Shown here piece after piece: positions 1 through 9,099 of a DNA stretch of 64,000 nt. Position 1 is the first letter of the stretch. Every line of letters starts with the position of its first letter. The position numbers were made by a program, and so were the translations under genes. The notes beneath the pieces were generated by a model. It did no database searches. It had not been told where the DNA came from and saw nothing but the letters and a program-made list of their open reading frames with translations. The stretch is from a virus. The stretch spans positions 14,804-78,803 of the IMG/VR virus record IMGVR_UViG_3300049595_004693. One strand, written 5' to 3'.

Positions 1-2108
1 ATGGTGGTTATTTCGTCGTGTACTTGAGCACAAATGTAACCGTCAATGCCTCGCTCTGTAAACGTGTCTGCGATGGCGATAGAAGCTCTATTGACGATGT
101 GAGCCGCCAGCGATTGAATAGGATGATTACATGCTAGATTTAAATTAGACTTAAATGCTCTACGAATGTCCATAAGTCCATTCTGTCTAGCGTATTTATG
201 ATCTAGTATTTTATCTCCATATTTCTTATAGATCCCCATGCACGACTCTAGGTGTCTGACTCGGCCGAATCTAGATATCGCACGACCATACTTCTTAGCT
301 TGCCAATGGCACTCACGAATATACTTCATAAGTCCCGGGTAGGCTGTGAAATACTTATCTAAAATGTCCTGAGCCTCTTCAGGGGAGATGTCTAGAATCT
401 GAGCAATGCGGAATGCTTCGGCTCCATACACCGCCGCAAGCGCCACTACTTTATAAACTTGTCTAAGCTCAGGCCGTTTGTTCTTTAAGTAATTAGGTGA
501 CTTCTTGTCAGCGGAAAACTCTTTTTCTAAGTTATTGGATCTAATAGCGATTGCAGAATATAAATCTTGTTTTTTCTTAAAGATGTCTTGAAGGTCGGCG
601 TCTCCACAGGCTGAAGCGAATCCGCACGGTTCTAGCTGCGAATAGTCAGCATTTACAATTTTGTATCCTTTTGGGGCTACAAAGCCTCGTTTGATCTCGT
701 TGGTATACTTTAAAACTAGAGGTGATAGGTTAGAATCCTCATCTTTGACTCGTGGTTGATTTTGAAGGTTTGGTCCTGTGCAGCTATATCTCCCAGAGGT
801 GGTTCCGAATTGTAGCCAGCCTGGGTATAGTATGCCATCAACTTGTCGGCTCAAAATTCCATCAACATATGTGCTTAGTAGTTTGTTGAGCTTCTTGTAA
901 TCTATGATAGTGTCAGCAATTGGGTGTTGGCCCGACAGCTCCTCTAGAACGTCAGCCGACAGTTTGGGCTCACCTGTTTCGGTAAACTCCGTAGGTTTAA
1001 CCCCAAGCTTGGTAAAGAATAAATAGCGTAGATGATTATTAGATCCTAGATTGAATACATATTTACTATTTGGATATTTCTTATCCCAAAGAACTCGTCG
1101 TGCTTTGTCTTCATACTCAAGCACTATGGGATCGTTGTGCATTTCTACCTTTGTCCACTCAAGCCATAAAGAAGCGCCATTTTCAATGGCCCACTTTTCA
1201 ATCTTATTTTTGGACAAGCTTTCTGGCTCCTGGCCACACATGACTAGTGCCATAGCTTTAGGAAAGTTTCCTTTTTTCTTTGATGGAAATTCTTCTAAAA
1301 GTAAATTGTCTGTGTATTCTTTAACTAAAGGCATTATCTCTTGCTGAATGTTATCTTCTAGTTTTGCGATCTGAAATTCAATCTCCTGTTTGAGATTTGA
1401 GAAGTGGTCTACGTTGACAGGAAATCCTCGTTGCTTCATGGGAATGGTGACTTTACGATAAAGCTCCATTGTCTCTTGAAGGAATAACTCCCACATTCCC
1501 TCAGATTTAATCTTAGCTTCAAATTTATGCCACAGAATTAGAGACAAGCAGCAATCGTGTACACAATACTTTCCAAGCACTTCGGTATCGGCCTTAAACA
1601 TTTCAATAACGTCTTCTGTAACCTTACCTCCATTTTGTCGAATATTGGCATAAAGCTCCTGTTGAGCCGCATCAGAGCCTTCGCCTAAATATTTGACAGC
1701 CACTTCTTTTAGTCCGTGTGGGCGCTCCTCATCGGAAAGTGCTTTAGCAAGAATACCGTCAGCCCATAAGTGTTTAGTGAGATCTGGAAATCCATTATTA
1801 ATAAATACGTTGATATCGTATGAGATATTCCAGCCAATCAACTGTCTGCCAGCGCAAAGCTTTTTAATAGCTTCCTTAAGCGCCTCTAGTTGCTGTTCGC
1901 TCCAAACAAGCGACCCATCCTTGCGACGAATTGGAATATAGAATCCCTCGTGCTCTTCTAGAGCAATTCCGATTCCATATAGTTTAGCCAACTTTTCGTT
2001 AGAGCTATCCGTTTCAGCATCAATACAAATTTCTTTCAATGGCTGCTCCTTGGCCCACGAAAGAAAATCAATAATTTTATCTCTAGAATCAATTATAAAA
2101 TAATTCAA
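1..2108 (-). CDS. polA: DNA polymerase family A with 3'-5' exonuclease domain; 3' end runs off the window
   Basis: Not in the ORF track; translated manually from TTG at 2108. ExoI CIDAETD, TTSGRYSCTGPNLQN, motif A NADYSQLE, motif B RQVYKVVALAAVYG, motif C QVHDE. Confidence 0.95.
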   Translation of the reverse strand, partial: MNYFIIDSRDKIIDFLSWAKEQPLKEICIDAETDSSNEKLAKLYGIGIALEEHEGFYIPIRRKDGSLVWSEQQLEALKEAIKKLCAGRQLIGWNISYDINVFINNGFPDLTKHLWADGILAKALSDEERPHGLKEVAVKYLGEGSDAAQQELYANIRQNGGKVTEDVIEMFKADTEVLGKYCVHDCCLSLILWHKFEAKIKSEGMWELFLQETMELYRKVTIPMKQRGFPVNVDHFSNLKQEIEFQIAKLEDNIQQEIMPLVKEYTDNLLLEEFPSKKKGNFPKAMALVMCGQEPESLSKNKIEKWAIENGASLWLEWTKVEMHNDPIVLEYEDKARRVLWDKKYPNSKYVFNLGSNNHLRYLFFTKLGVKPTEFTETGEPKLSADVLEELSGQHPIADTIIDYKKLNKLLSTYVDGILSRQVDGILYPGWLQFGTTSGRYSCTGPNLQNQPRVKDEDSNLSPLVLKYTNEIKRGFVAPKGYKIVNADYSQLEPCGFASACGDADLQDIFKKKQDLYSAIAIRSNNLEKEFSADKKSPNYLKNKRPELRQVYKVVALAAVYGAEAFRIAQILDISPEEAQDILDKYFTAYPGLMKYIRECHWQAKKYGRAISRFGRVRHLESCMGIYKKYGDKILDHKYARQNGLMDIRRAFKSNLNLACNHPIQSLAAHIVNRASIAIADTFTERGIDGYICAQVHDEITT

Positions 2109-2458
2109 GGAGAATACCACGGAAAGCTCATTTGTTTTGCATCGAGCACTTCTTTTAGAGCATCGTCCCAAGATTTACCACAATCGATTAAATCTTGGAT
2201 TTCTATGGCCTCCTCGAAATTAAAAGTAGGGTAGTTATTAGGAGATTTTGTCCAATAGTGAGTTTTAAAAAAAGTTAGTTTTATCCAACCATTATTAAGT
2301 AATCGTTTTTTTTGTTCATCTTCAGAAAGATGAGAAGAGCCGTCCTTGGCTTTCAGAGCATTAGCTACAATTTCTTCCTTGCAAGTACGACAATAGTGAT
2401 ATGAAAAGCTAGTAAATTGTTTGAGTTCTCCTAGCGTATGGCACTTAGGGCAGATCAT
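2105..2458 (-). CDS. hypothetical protein with N-terminal Zn-ribbon
   Basis: CPKC...CRTC; stop overlaps the polA start. Confidence 0.7.
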   Translation of the reverse strand: MICPKCHTLGELKQFTSFSYHYCRTCKEEIVANALKAKDGSSHLSEDEQKKRLLNNGWIKLTFFKTHYWTKSPNNYPTFNFEEAIEIQDLIDCGKSWDDALKEVLDAKQMSFPWYSP

Positions 2459-2736
2459 CAGTTAAACTCCGAAGGATCGGGCGACTCCTCCGCGGTTAAG
2501 TCGATGGGAGATACAATGTCGCTATCTACGATCGTGACTATGTATTTTTTTGCAATAATGTTGGAAATATGTTCCGGGCTCTGGCCCAAATAAATAAACT
2601 CATCGTCCTCTTCTAAAAGAATTCCTTCATAGACCATGCTGTGTTTAATCAAACCTTCTTGCGTAGGTATTTGATTAACGCCAGTGGTGAACACTGTTAC
2701 ATGAGATCCCGCAAGCGATTCTAAAATCTTAGACAT
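2458..2736 (-). CDS. small protein, possible Sm/Hfq-like fold
   Basis: HVTVFT...YEGILLEEDDEFIYL...IIAKKYIVTI resembles the Sm1/Sm2 pattern. Confidence 0.45.
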   Translation of the reverse strand: MSKILESLAGSHVTVFTTGVNQIPTQEGLIKHSMVYEGILLEEDDEFIYLGQSPEHISNIIAKKYIVTIVDSDIVSPIDLTAEESPDPSEFN

Positions 2737-2737
2737 A

Positions 2738-2833
2738 TTAAAATACCGCCTTAGTGAATTCAGCGATTACCCATCCTAAGGAATACCCAATAAGTCCTAA
2801 AAGGATAAAAAAGCCCACTAGATGTCTATTCAT
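2738..2833 (-). CDS. 31-aa membrane peptide
   Basis: Manual translation MNRHLVGFFILLGLIGYSLGWVIAEFTKAVF; fills the gap and overlaps the helicase stop. Confidence 0.55.
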   Translation of the reverse strand: MNRHLVGFFILLGLIGYSLGWVIAEFTKAVF

Positions 2834-4749
2834 TACCACTCACCCTTCTTTTTAGTTTCCTCTTTAACTTGCCTAATCTGAGCTAACTCGGCCTCTCCTT
2901 CGTTGTCGATATCCCAAACTTGCCCCTTAAGTCCATCCCAATACATATCCACAGCGAAGAGAGGACCATTGCGATTTTTAAGTGCGTTGATACTCAAATA
3001 TCTATCTTGCTCTGGTTTCCTAGGATTGAATCCCGGTCTAGATAAGCTTAGCATAAGTGTGAGCGATTGCGCAATAGAACCTGAACCTTTAGCTGCTTGG
3101 TACGTAGTAGCTTCTTCCGCAGGGTTAGAATAAAGCTTAGAAGGTTGTAGCAACGTGACTACACACACTGACAAATCATTGGCAATCTGCCTAAGGCGTT
3201 GCGCCACTTGTGCCGAAGCTTGAGTGGGGTCGCTGGCTCCAGAAATAACAAGCTCGTTATAGTCAATGATAATGAGCTTGATTTTTTCGCCCGTCTTTTC
3301 TTGAGTGTCTACGATGGTTTGTTGAATATCGTCCGGAGTGATTCCAGACTTAAAGCAGAAGTTGACCTTCTCGTATTCCCTTCGAATAAGCTCATGGAAC
3401 TGCTTTGATTTCACTGGATCATTTCGAAACACTTTGAAGATGTCTTCTTGAGGCAGTCCTGTGTGGCGCTGCAGCAAGCGAAGATAGATCATCGAATGAT
3501 ACACGTCCAAAGAATAGAAGATGCTAGGAATGCCTTGCTTAGAGTTGTGGTTAAGAATCCCCAAGCTTACCGAGGTCTTACCGACACCTGGAGGAGCAAG
3601 AATACCGTTTGAAGTGCCCACCATGAATTTCACTCGCTCGTCTAGAGCAGCGATGCCTGAGGTGAGCGCATTCTTATCGTAATTCTGCGTGTAGTCTTGG
3701 AATAGAGAAAACACCTGATCAGTAGTAACCACCGAGTTGTTGGCTACTGCAGCGCACTTGTGTGGTCCTAGGGCGTCGCAGATTGATGTGAGCCACGGAC
3801 TTTTGCCATCTTTGCAGCTATAAGTGCCGCCATTCCAGTTAGGGCTATATACCGCTTCGGCGGCTTTCCAGATGGACTCTTTAGGATACTCTTCTGCTCC
3901 TGTTCTATCAGTGGAAGCCTTCACTGCGGACTTAGCCATATAGTAGGCTGTAACTTGAGGATAGTTCAGTCCTCGTGCGGTAGCTAGAATTGCCATGACG
4001 GCTTGGTTGCGAATACCATCATTGAAGTTGCCTGAGAGTAGCGAGTATTTACAATTTGACCAGCCTTTAGGAGCACGAGAAAAATCCATAGGATTAAGCT
4101 CAGCTACCTCATACTTTGGCTTTTCTACGGAGTTTACGGCCACGATACCAAGATCCACTTTTTGAAACTTAGGTACTTCTTCGTACGCTTCTTTACCAAT
4201 AGCTGCAACTTCTTTAATAGCACTTACAGCCATGCCGCTAAGATCGATAAACTTTAGTGGGATTTTAAATGCCTTGGTCTCTGGATGACGAGTAAAAGGA
4301 ACCCGAATAATTCTAGAGGGGTTGCCAATGACACGGTCATTGCTAACCAATCCTTCGGCTAGCTTTGACGTGGTGGCTCTAAATTGATCTACGGTGATAA
4401 GCTTGTCTCCCGACAGAGCCACCGTAAATCCTTTCTTACCACTAAAATAAATTTGAATCGCTTCTTGAGAAATTCCCTTAGCGATAAGACGCTTAACGAG
4501 TTCTACGGCGTCTTTTTTAGAAACTTCCAAATCTTTGGAGTCGAAGTCCCACACCAAGTTATTAGTAACGACTTGAGTGATGCCGGAGATAGTGCCTTTA
4601 CGCTCAAACTCTTGCTTTTGATCTTCATTATAAAGATAGAGCGATCGGTAATAATCTACATCTTTTCTAATGTGATTATCTAGCTCATCTGTATATGGGA
4701 TGAGCTTGCCCTTATCAGATAGTGTTTCACAGAGACGATAGTAAAGCAT
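2833..4749 (-). CDS. primase-helicase fusion (AEP/PrimPol N-terminus, DnaB-like SF4 helicase C-terminus)
   Basis: WDFD and FSGKKGF primase motifs; Walker A APPGVGKT, Walker B IIIDY, KNRNG arginine finger. Confidence 0.9.
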   Translation of the reverse strand: MLYYRLCETLSDKGKLIPYTDELDNHIRKDVDYYRSLYLYNEDQKQEFERKGTISGITQVVTNNLVWDFDSKDLEVSKKDAVELVKRLIAKGISQEAIQIYFSGKKGFTVALSGDKLITVDQFRATTSKLAEGLVSNDRVIGNPSRIIRVPFTRHPETKAFKIPLKFIDLSGMAVSAIKEVAAIGKEAYEEVPKFQKVDLGIVAVNSVEKPKYEVAELNPMDFSRAPKGWSNCKYSLLSGNFNDGIRNQAVMAILATARGLNYPQVTAYYMAKSAVKASTDRTGAEEYPKESIWKAAEAVYSPNWNGGTYSCKDGKSPWLTSICDALGPHKCAAVANNSVVTTDQVFSLFQDYTQNYDKNALTSGIAALDERVKFMVGTSNGILAPPGVGKTSVSLGILNHNSKQGIPSIFYSLDVYHSMIYLRLLQRHTGLPQEDIFKVFRNDPVKSKQFHELIRREYEKVNFCFKSGITPDDIQQTIVDTQEKTGEKIKLIIIDYNELVISGASDPTQASAQVAQRLRQIANDLSVCVVTLLQPSKLYSNPAEEATTYQAAKGSGSIAQSLTLMLSLSRPGFNPRKPEQDRYLSINALKNRNGPLFAVDMYWDGLKGQVWDIDNEGEAELAQIRQVKEETKKKGEW

Positions 4750-4837
4750 GAGGTTCCTTTGGTTGAAATAGGAGCCTTCCGTGGCTCGTGATGTTGGATG
4801 GCTGGAACAACAGCTTCATGCTGTGCTTTGGGGGAAA

Positions 4838-5104
4838 CTATTTATTGTTTGGTGGAAGATAGAGTTCCTTAACCGTGTTGGCGTAAATAATCTTGACGCG
4901 TCCAGCACCGTTAGAGATTTCAATCTTACCCTCGGATTCAAGCTCAGCAATCTGCTCTTCTGAGAGGCGAGCACGAGGATCAACTACCGTTAGCATGGTG
5001 CCTTTTTGCAAATCGCGAAGAACTTTGATATATGTGCCCTCTCCGCTCTTTTTTTTATTGACTACAGCAACCAAGGTCCAATATTTACCGTTATTGTTAT
5101 CCAT
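4838..5104 (-). CDS. hypothetical protein, possibly ssDNA-binding
   Basis: Small beta-rich ORF with good SD between the ERF and primase genes. Confidence 0.55.
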   Translation of the reverse strand: MDNNNGKYWTLVAVVNKKKSGEGTYIKVLRDLQKGTMLTVVDPRARLSEEQIAELESEGKIEISNGAGRVKIIYANTVKELYLPPNNK

Positions 5105-5385
5105 TATTCTTTTTCTTTCTTTCTATTATGAGAGTAGCTCATCACTACCATCTTAGCATTATACAGGCTGGTCGTCAAGGTGAACAATTCAATTTCTTGG
5201 GGGGACGCGTGCTTTACTTCATCCTGCTCCAAAGGAAATAGGATAAGGTTTCGCAAAAGTCTCTCCATTTCACCCTTAGACATGGTGCGCAATTGGAATG
5301 AGAACGCGGGCGCCTTCTCGCTGTAGAACTTAGCTTCCTGTTCTACAACGTCCTGAATTTCCTGATCTAATTCTTTAGAATCCAT
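5104..5385 (-). CDS. hypothetical protein
   Basis: Likely start ATG 5385 (MDSKELDQ), coupled to neighbouring genes. Confidence 0.65.
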   Translation of the reverse strand: MDSKELDQEIQDVVEQEAKFYSEKAPAFSFQLRTMSKGEMERLLRNLILFPLEQDEVKHASPQEIELFTLTTSLYNAKMVVMSYSHNRKKEKE

Positions 5386-6025
5386 GATTGTCTCGTGCTG
5401 CTCCGTTGGTGCGGGGCTTAAAGCTAGAACGCTTAGTGGCTTCCGCGGTAGAGGCTGCCTCAACAGGAGCCGTAGTCTCTGCAGGCTTGGTTACCGGAAG
5501 CGGCGTGGTGGGAGCCGTGATGCTTGACTTGAGAGGGGCGGTAGTAGTTGGTTTTTCTGGTCCTGGCTTGGCTCGCGCTCCGATCTCGGGAGAATCCGAA
5601 TCGGCTTCTGCCATATCTTCCGTAGGAATACTGAAGGTTTGAATGAGAGCATACTTAAGAGCTGCGGAAAGCGCTTTATTCGTAGCTTTGTCGCCGCTAT
5701 CCAGTCCTTCCGCAGCAATAGGACCCACCGCCACACTTGATCCATCTTCTGCGTAGAAGGTATATTTTACTAGGATGTGAACATGTTTATCAATACCGTT
5801 CTTTCCGCTAGAGCGAACCACTTCCTGAAGGACATGCTCTTCCTTTACCACCTCCGGAGCCATGAACACACCGTGTTTGACGAGAGCGGGGTACAGCGCA
5901 TTTACAAACTGATCAATGCCTCGAAATTTAAACCCTTGAGCTACGTTCTTTTGATCTTTTCCAACGGATTTAATCTCGCTCATCACCAAAGACATTTTTT
6001 TATAAATCAAACCTGTATTAGACAT
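5375..6025 (-). CDS. ERF-family single-strand annealing protein
   Basis: KDQKNVAQGFKFRGID and GLDSGDKATNKALSAALKYAL signatures; P/T/A-rich tail. Confidence 0.9.
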   Translation of the reverse strand: MSNTGLIYKKMSLVMSEIKSVGKDQKNVAQGFKFRGIDQFVNALYPALVKHGVFMAPEVVKEEHVLQEVVRSSGKNGIDKHVHILVKYTFYAEDGSSVAVGPIAAEGLDSGDKATNKALSAALKYALIQTFSIPTEDMAEADSDSPEIGARAKPGPEKPTTTAPLKSSITAPTTPLPVTKPAETTAPVEAASTAEATKRSSFKPRTNGAARDNHGF

Positions 6026-6034
6026 CTATACTCC

Positions 6035-6271
6035 TTAAGGCGTATTGTTACGCAGCTCATAGCTACGCACATTATATTTAGAAATGGCGTGAGCTTTGGT
6101 TTCGCCACACGAGATCACACTAGTAATCTTAGCATAATTTTTATCAACATTAAAGTCAATTTCAACTACTTCCCACATTTTAGTTTCTTGGTTATATCGT
6201 GTAGCCAGCGCCGTACCTTCGCTTTTAGGAGCAACGCTACTAATCTTTTCCCATCCAGTTTCCTTACTCAT
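6035..6271 (-). CDS. hypothetical protein
   Basis: ORF within the operon. Confidence 0.65.
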   Translation of the reverse strand: MSKETGWEKISSVAPKSEGTALATRYNQETKMWEVVEIDFNVDKNYAKITSVISCGETKAHAISKYNVRSYELRNNTP

Positions 6272-7367
6272 TCTGCTCTAATCCCTTCATACTTCCTTTG
6301 TGACATAGATTAATATACGGACAAATTAGATTGCCGTTTTTGCAGGCCGCCAAGTTCTTATAAAAAATTCCTAGCTTAATCATCTGGTTAATATCAATGA
6401 AGTTATCTAAAATGAGGTTCTCTGATTCTGGAGTAACCTCATTAAGTACTGTTTGAATGTAGCATTCTGGATTTACTTTTACAATCCACTCACCGCCACA
6501 ACGCTTCCCTTCGATCTCATTGTCGCAGGTCTTAGCTCTAGATCCGGTGCCGTCATGACCACATTGAGAACATTTCTTATCTTTATTAAGTTTGATGTTC
6601 TTATTAAGAACGATGAAGCCGACGCCGGCAAGATTATACTTTTCTTTGAGAGTGTGATAATATAGCACTAGCTGCTGAGAGCGGGCTGCGGAATCTTCGT
6701 CGTACGCTCTAGCTGAGGTCTTATTGTCTAGTACGTAATTCTTGCCGTCTTTGTATGTAGCGACAAGATCCACGAATCCCGTAATCTTATCCCCTTCCTC
6801 GTTCTCTAGCGAAATCTCTTCCTGGATAGAAACTACTTCGATGATTTGTGGGAGCACTTTATCAAAATAGCTCTTAATCATCGCGTGACCCTTTCTACGC
6901 ATAGAAAGCCAGTTTAGATGATTATATTTAGCTTGGGTAGCTGGGACAATGTTATCCCATCCGATGCTAGCCTTAAGCTCCTGAATTTCTTTAATGAAGT
7001 CGTCAGGGGAGTTTTGGCAAATATATTTCGCGACTGTCTCTAAATCATCTTCGATGAGAAGGTTTGAATCAAAGTCGGAGGCGCCATATACTAACTTGGT
7101 GTTGTTTATAAGCTCCTCGTAGGAGTTACCTATGCGTCCGTTTTTCCATTTAGCGTCAAATATTTCAATGGCCTTATTGTAATTACGATCAATAAGAAGA
7201 TTATTAAGGGCCTCGTCAATAGCGGAGCCAAAAGCAAGAGCGGAATGAAACACTGTTTCGCGAACGCGGTCGATATAGTGATATTTATATCTTTGACCGC
7301 ACTCGCTATAAAGTCTAAGTGAGCTGTGACTTAATTTAGTCGCCACCTGTATAACCGCCCTCGTCAA
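6264..7367 (-). CDS. PD-(D/E)XK exonuclease (RecB/AddB/Cas4-like) with inserted Cys cluster
   Basis: LSHSSL..Y.EC start, GFVD...VLDNKTS, QLVLY, terminal C..CPY...C. Confidence 0.88.
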   Translation of the reverse strand: MTRAVIQVATKLSHSSLRLYSECGQRYKYHYIDRVRETVFHSALAFGSAIDEALNNLLIDRNYNKAIEIFDAKWKNGRIGNSYEELINNTKLVYGASDFDSNLLIEDDLETVAKYICQNSPDDFIKEIQELKASIGWDNIVPATQAKYNHLNWLSMRRKGHAMIKSYFDKVLPQIIEVVSIQEEISLENEEGDKITGFVDLVATYKDGKNYVLDNKTSARAYDEDSAARSQQLVLYYHTLKEKYNLAGVGFIVLNKNIKLNKDKKCSQCGHDGTGSRAKTCDNEIEGKRCGGEWIVKVNPECYIQTVLNEVTPESENLILDNFIDINQMIKLGIFYKNLAACKNGNLICPYINLCHKGSMKGLEQNE

Positions 7368-7527
7368 TCATTCGTTCAAACTCTTTAACAAGATCATACT
7401 CTACATCTTTAGATTTGTCAAATTTATGGTTGCAGTATTCGCAGACAGAAGCGGAGTCACTCTTCTGAATGACTCCGCAGTATGAACACCTTACTGTACG
7501 ATTGGAGTGTATGTCGCTAGATCGCAT
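7336..7527 (-). CDS. small Zn-ribbon protein
   Basis: CSYC...CEYC; start position uncertain. Confidence 0.5.
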   Translation of the reverse strand: MRSSDIHSNRTVRCSYCGVIQKSDSASVCEYCNHKFDKSKDVEYDLVKEFERMIDEGGYTGGD

Positions 7528-8369
7528 ACATCTCGTACTTCCAAAGGCATACCAGAAGCCATTTTACAATTCTCAACGACTTCTCTAATCTTTCGATTTT
7601 CTTCTAGAGCGCTGTAGTCAATAGTGTTGTTAGCCTCAGTGTAGAAAACTCCGCCTCGAGCTGAGTCTAAGAATCGGGAAACGGCTTCGTGCGGCATAGC
7701 CCAAGCATATCCAAGTTCTCCTCTACCAGCAAATACTACGGCGGAAAGCTCATTTTTAGCATTGTATACTGCTGAGCCAGATGATCCTGGCATGATAGTG
7801 GCAGTCACTAGAATGGATTCATAGTTTTTAATAATCGGAATACCTCCAAGGAACAAACACAACATTCCATTAGAGTTCCAATCTTTAGTTTCACATTTAC
7901 GAATACCTACCATGATAGGAATAATGCGTAATTCTGAGAAATGTCCTTCACTTACTACTGTTGGATATAAAGCAGGATGACCTACGATAGTGGCCTTAGA
8001 AAGATGCTTTGGTGCTGTGCTCGCTACCTCAGTGTTAATTTCTAAATTCTTATCGACTTGTACAAGACATAGATCATATTCTTCCGAGCTATAATAGCGT
8101 TTAATGGAAAAATCTCCGATATGCGTACTAGCAATCGCTGGACCAGTTTTAGCCAATTTACAAACGTGTGCGTTTGTTAAAATGGTGGATACTGACTCGG
8201 TAGATTCAAGAATAACTCCAGTACCTCCGCTACGCTTATTAGGCCTTGAAATTATTACAGAAGATTTACTAAGCTGTTCCGTAGTTGGAGCGGAAGTATT
8301 TAACATCCACGTCAAAGCAACAATGCTCAACGCGGCCAAAAGAGTGGGCAATTTAAAAGAACGCTTCAT
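7491..8369 (-). CDS. exported trypsin-like (S1) serine protease
   Basis: N-terminal hydrophobic segment; triad ILTNAHV, DLCL, PGSSGS. Confidence 0.88.
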   Translation of the reverse strand: MKRSFKLPTLLAALSIVALTWMLNTSAPTTEQLSKSSVIISRPNKRSGGTGVILESTESVSTILTNAHVCKLAKTGPAIASTHIGDFSIKRYYSSEEYDLCLVQVDKNLEINTEVASTAPKHLSKATIVGHPALYPTVVSEGHFSELRIIPIMVGIRKCETKDWNSNGMLCLFLGGIPIIKNYESILVTATIMPGSSGSAVYNAKNELSAVVFAGRGELGYAWAMPHEAVSRFLDSARGGVFYTEANNTIDYSALEENRKIREVVENCKMASGMPLEVRDVCDLATYTPIVQ

Positions 8370-9067
8370 TTAGTGCTCCTATCAATGTCTTGTCTGACGG
8401 TTTTTCCGGTAAAGATGGCGGTAGAAAAGCTAGTGCCGGACACTCGCTCATCTCCTACGGAAACGTCTACGCCTAATTCATAATGTTTAACTACGGAACC
8501 ATAATTAGAAGAGTCAGATCTATTTCCTCTAGCGTCAATAGATCCTATAACATAGATTCTTTTGTCGTACATAGCAGGATAGTATTTTGGTTCGATAAGC
8601 CAGGACAACTCTATTCCCTCATTACCAGCCGCTACAAATATCTTGGTGCCTTTATTCAAATGCGCTTTGACTAGTACCTCTTCGTAGTTGGTTCTATAGG
8701 TGCCTGAAGAGCTGTAGTTAATATATTTAACATTCTGATTAAGAAGATAGGAAAGAGCTTTTTCTGAAGCTTCAACATTTTCTTTGCCAGTCTGTCTATC
8801 GTCAAAATATTTAACAATAAGTAAGCACCATTTATTTTTATCAATAGAAGCTAGCTGTTCGCTAATCAAATATGCTATCGGCGTTCCATGTTTAGAACGA
8901 TCTTCTAACTTGCGGTCTTTAGTAAAGCTGCGATGTCCTGTGGGGCACAAGTTTAACGCCGGCTTATTTGTATGCTCAGTAAGTCCAGTATCCACAATGG
9001 CTATTTTTAGCGGCTCAGCCAATACTAAAGAAAATGATAATAGCCAATATAACATCATATCTATCAA
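8366..9067 (-). CDS. exported subtilisin-like (S8) serine protease
   Basis: Signal peptide; IAIVDTG, HGT, AAGN, SGTSFS. Confidence 0.9.
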   Translation of the reverse strand: MIDMMLYWLLSFSLVLAEPLKIAIVDTGLTEHTNKPALNLCPTGHRSFTKDRKLEDRSKHGTPIAYLISEQLASIDKNKWCLLIVKYFDDRQTGKENVEASEKALSYLLNQNVKYINYSSSGTYRTNYEEVLVKAHLNKGTKIFVAAGNEGIELSWLIEPKYYPAMYDKRIYVIGSIDARGNRSDSSNYGSVVKHYELGVDVSVGDERVSGTSFSTAIFTGKTVRQDIDRSTK

Positions 9068-9069
9068 AT

Positions 9070-9098
9070 AGTATACTATAGTATTATAGCGCTGTCAA
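9070..9098 (-). promoter_or_regulatory. sigma70-type promoter of the protease pair
   Basis: TTGACA-17 nt-TATACT on the minus strand. Confidence 0.8.
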
Positions 9099-9099
9099 A

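Noticed and set aside
6264-7367. Cas4-like nuclease as a sign of a CRISPR system
   Set aside because: No repeat-spacer array or other cas genes are present; it sits beside ERF as an ordinary recombination exonuclease.
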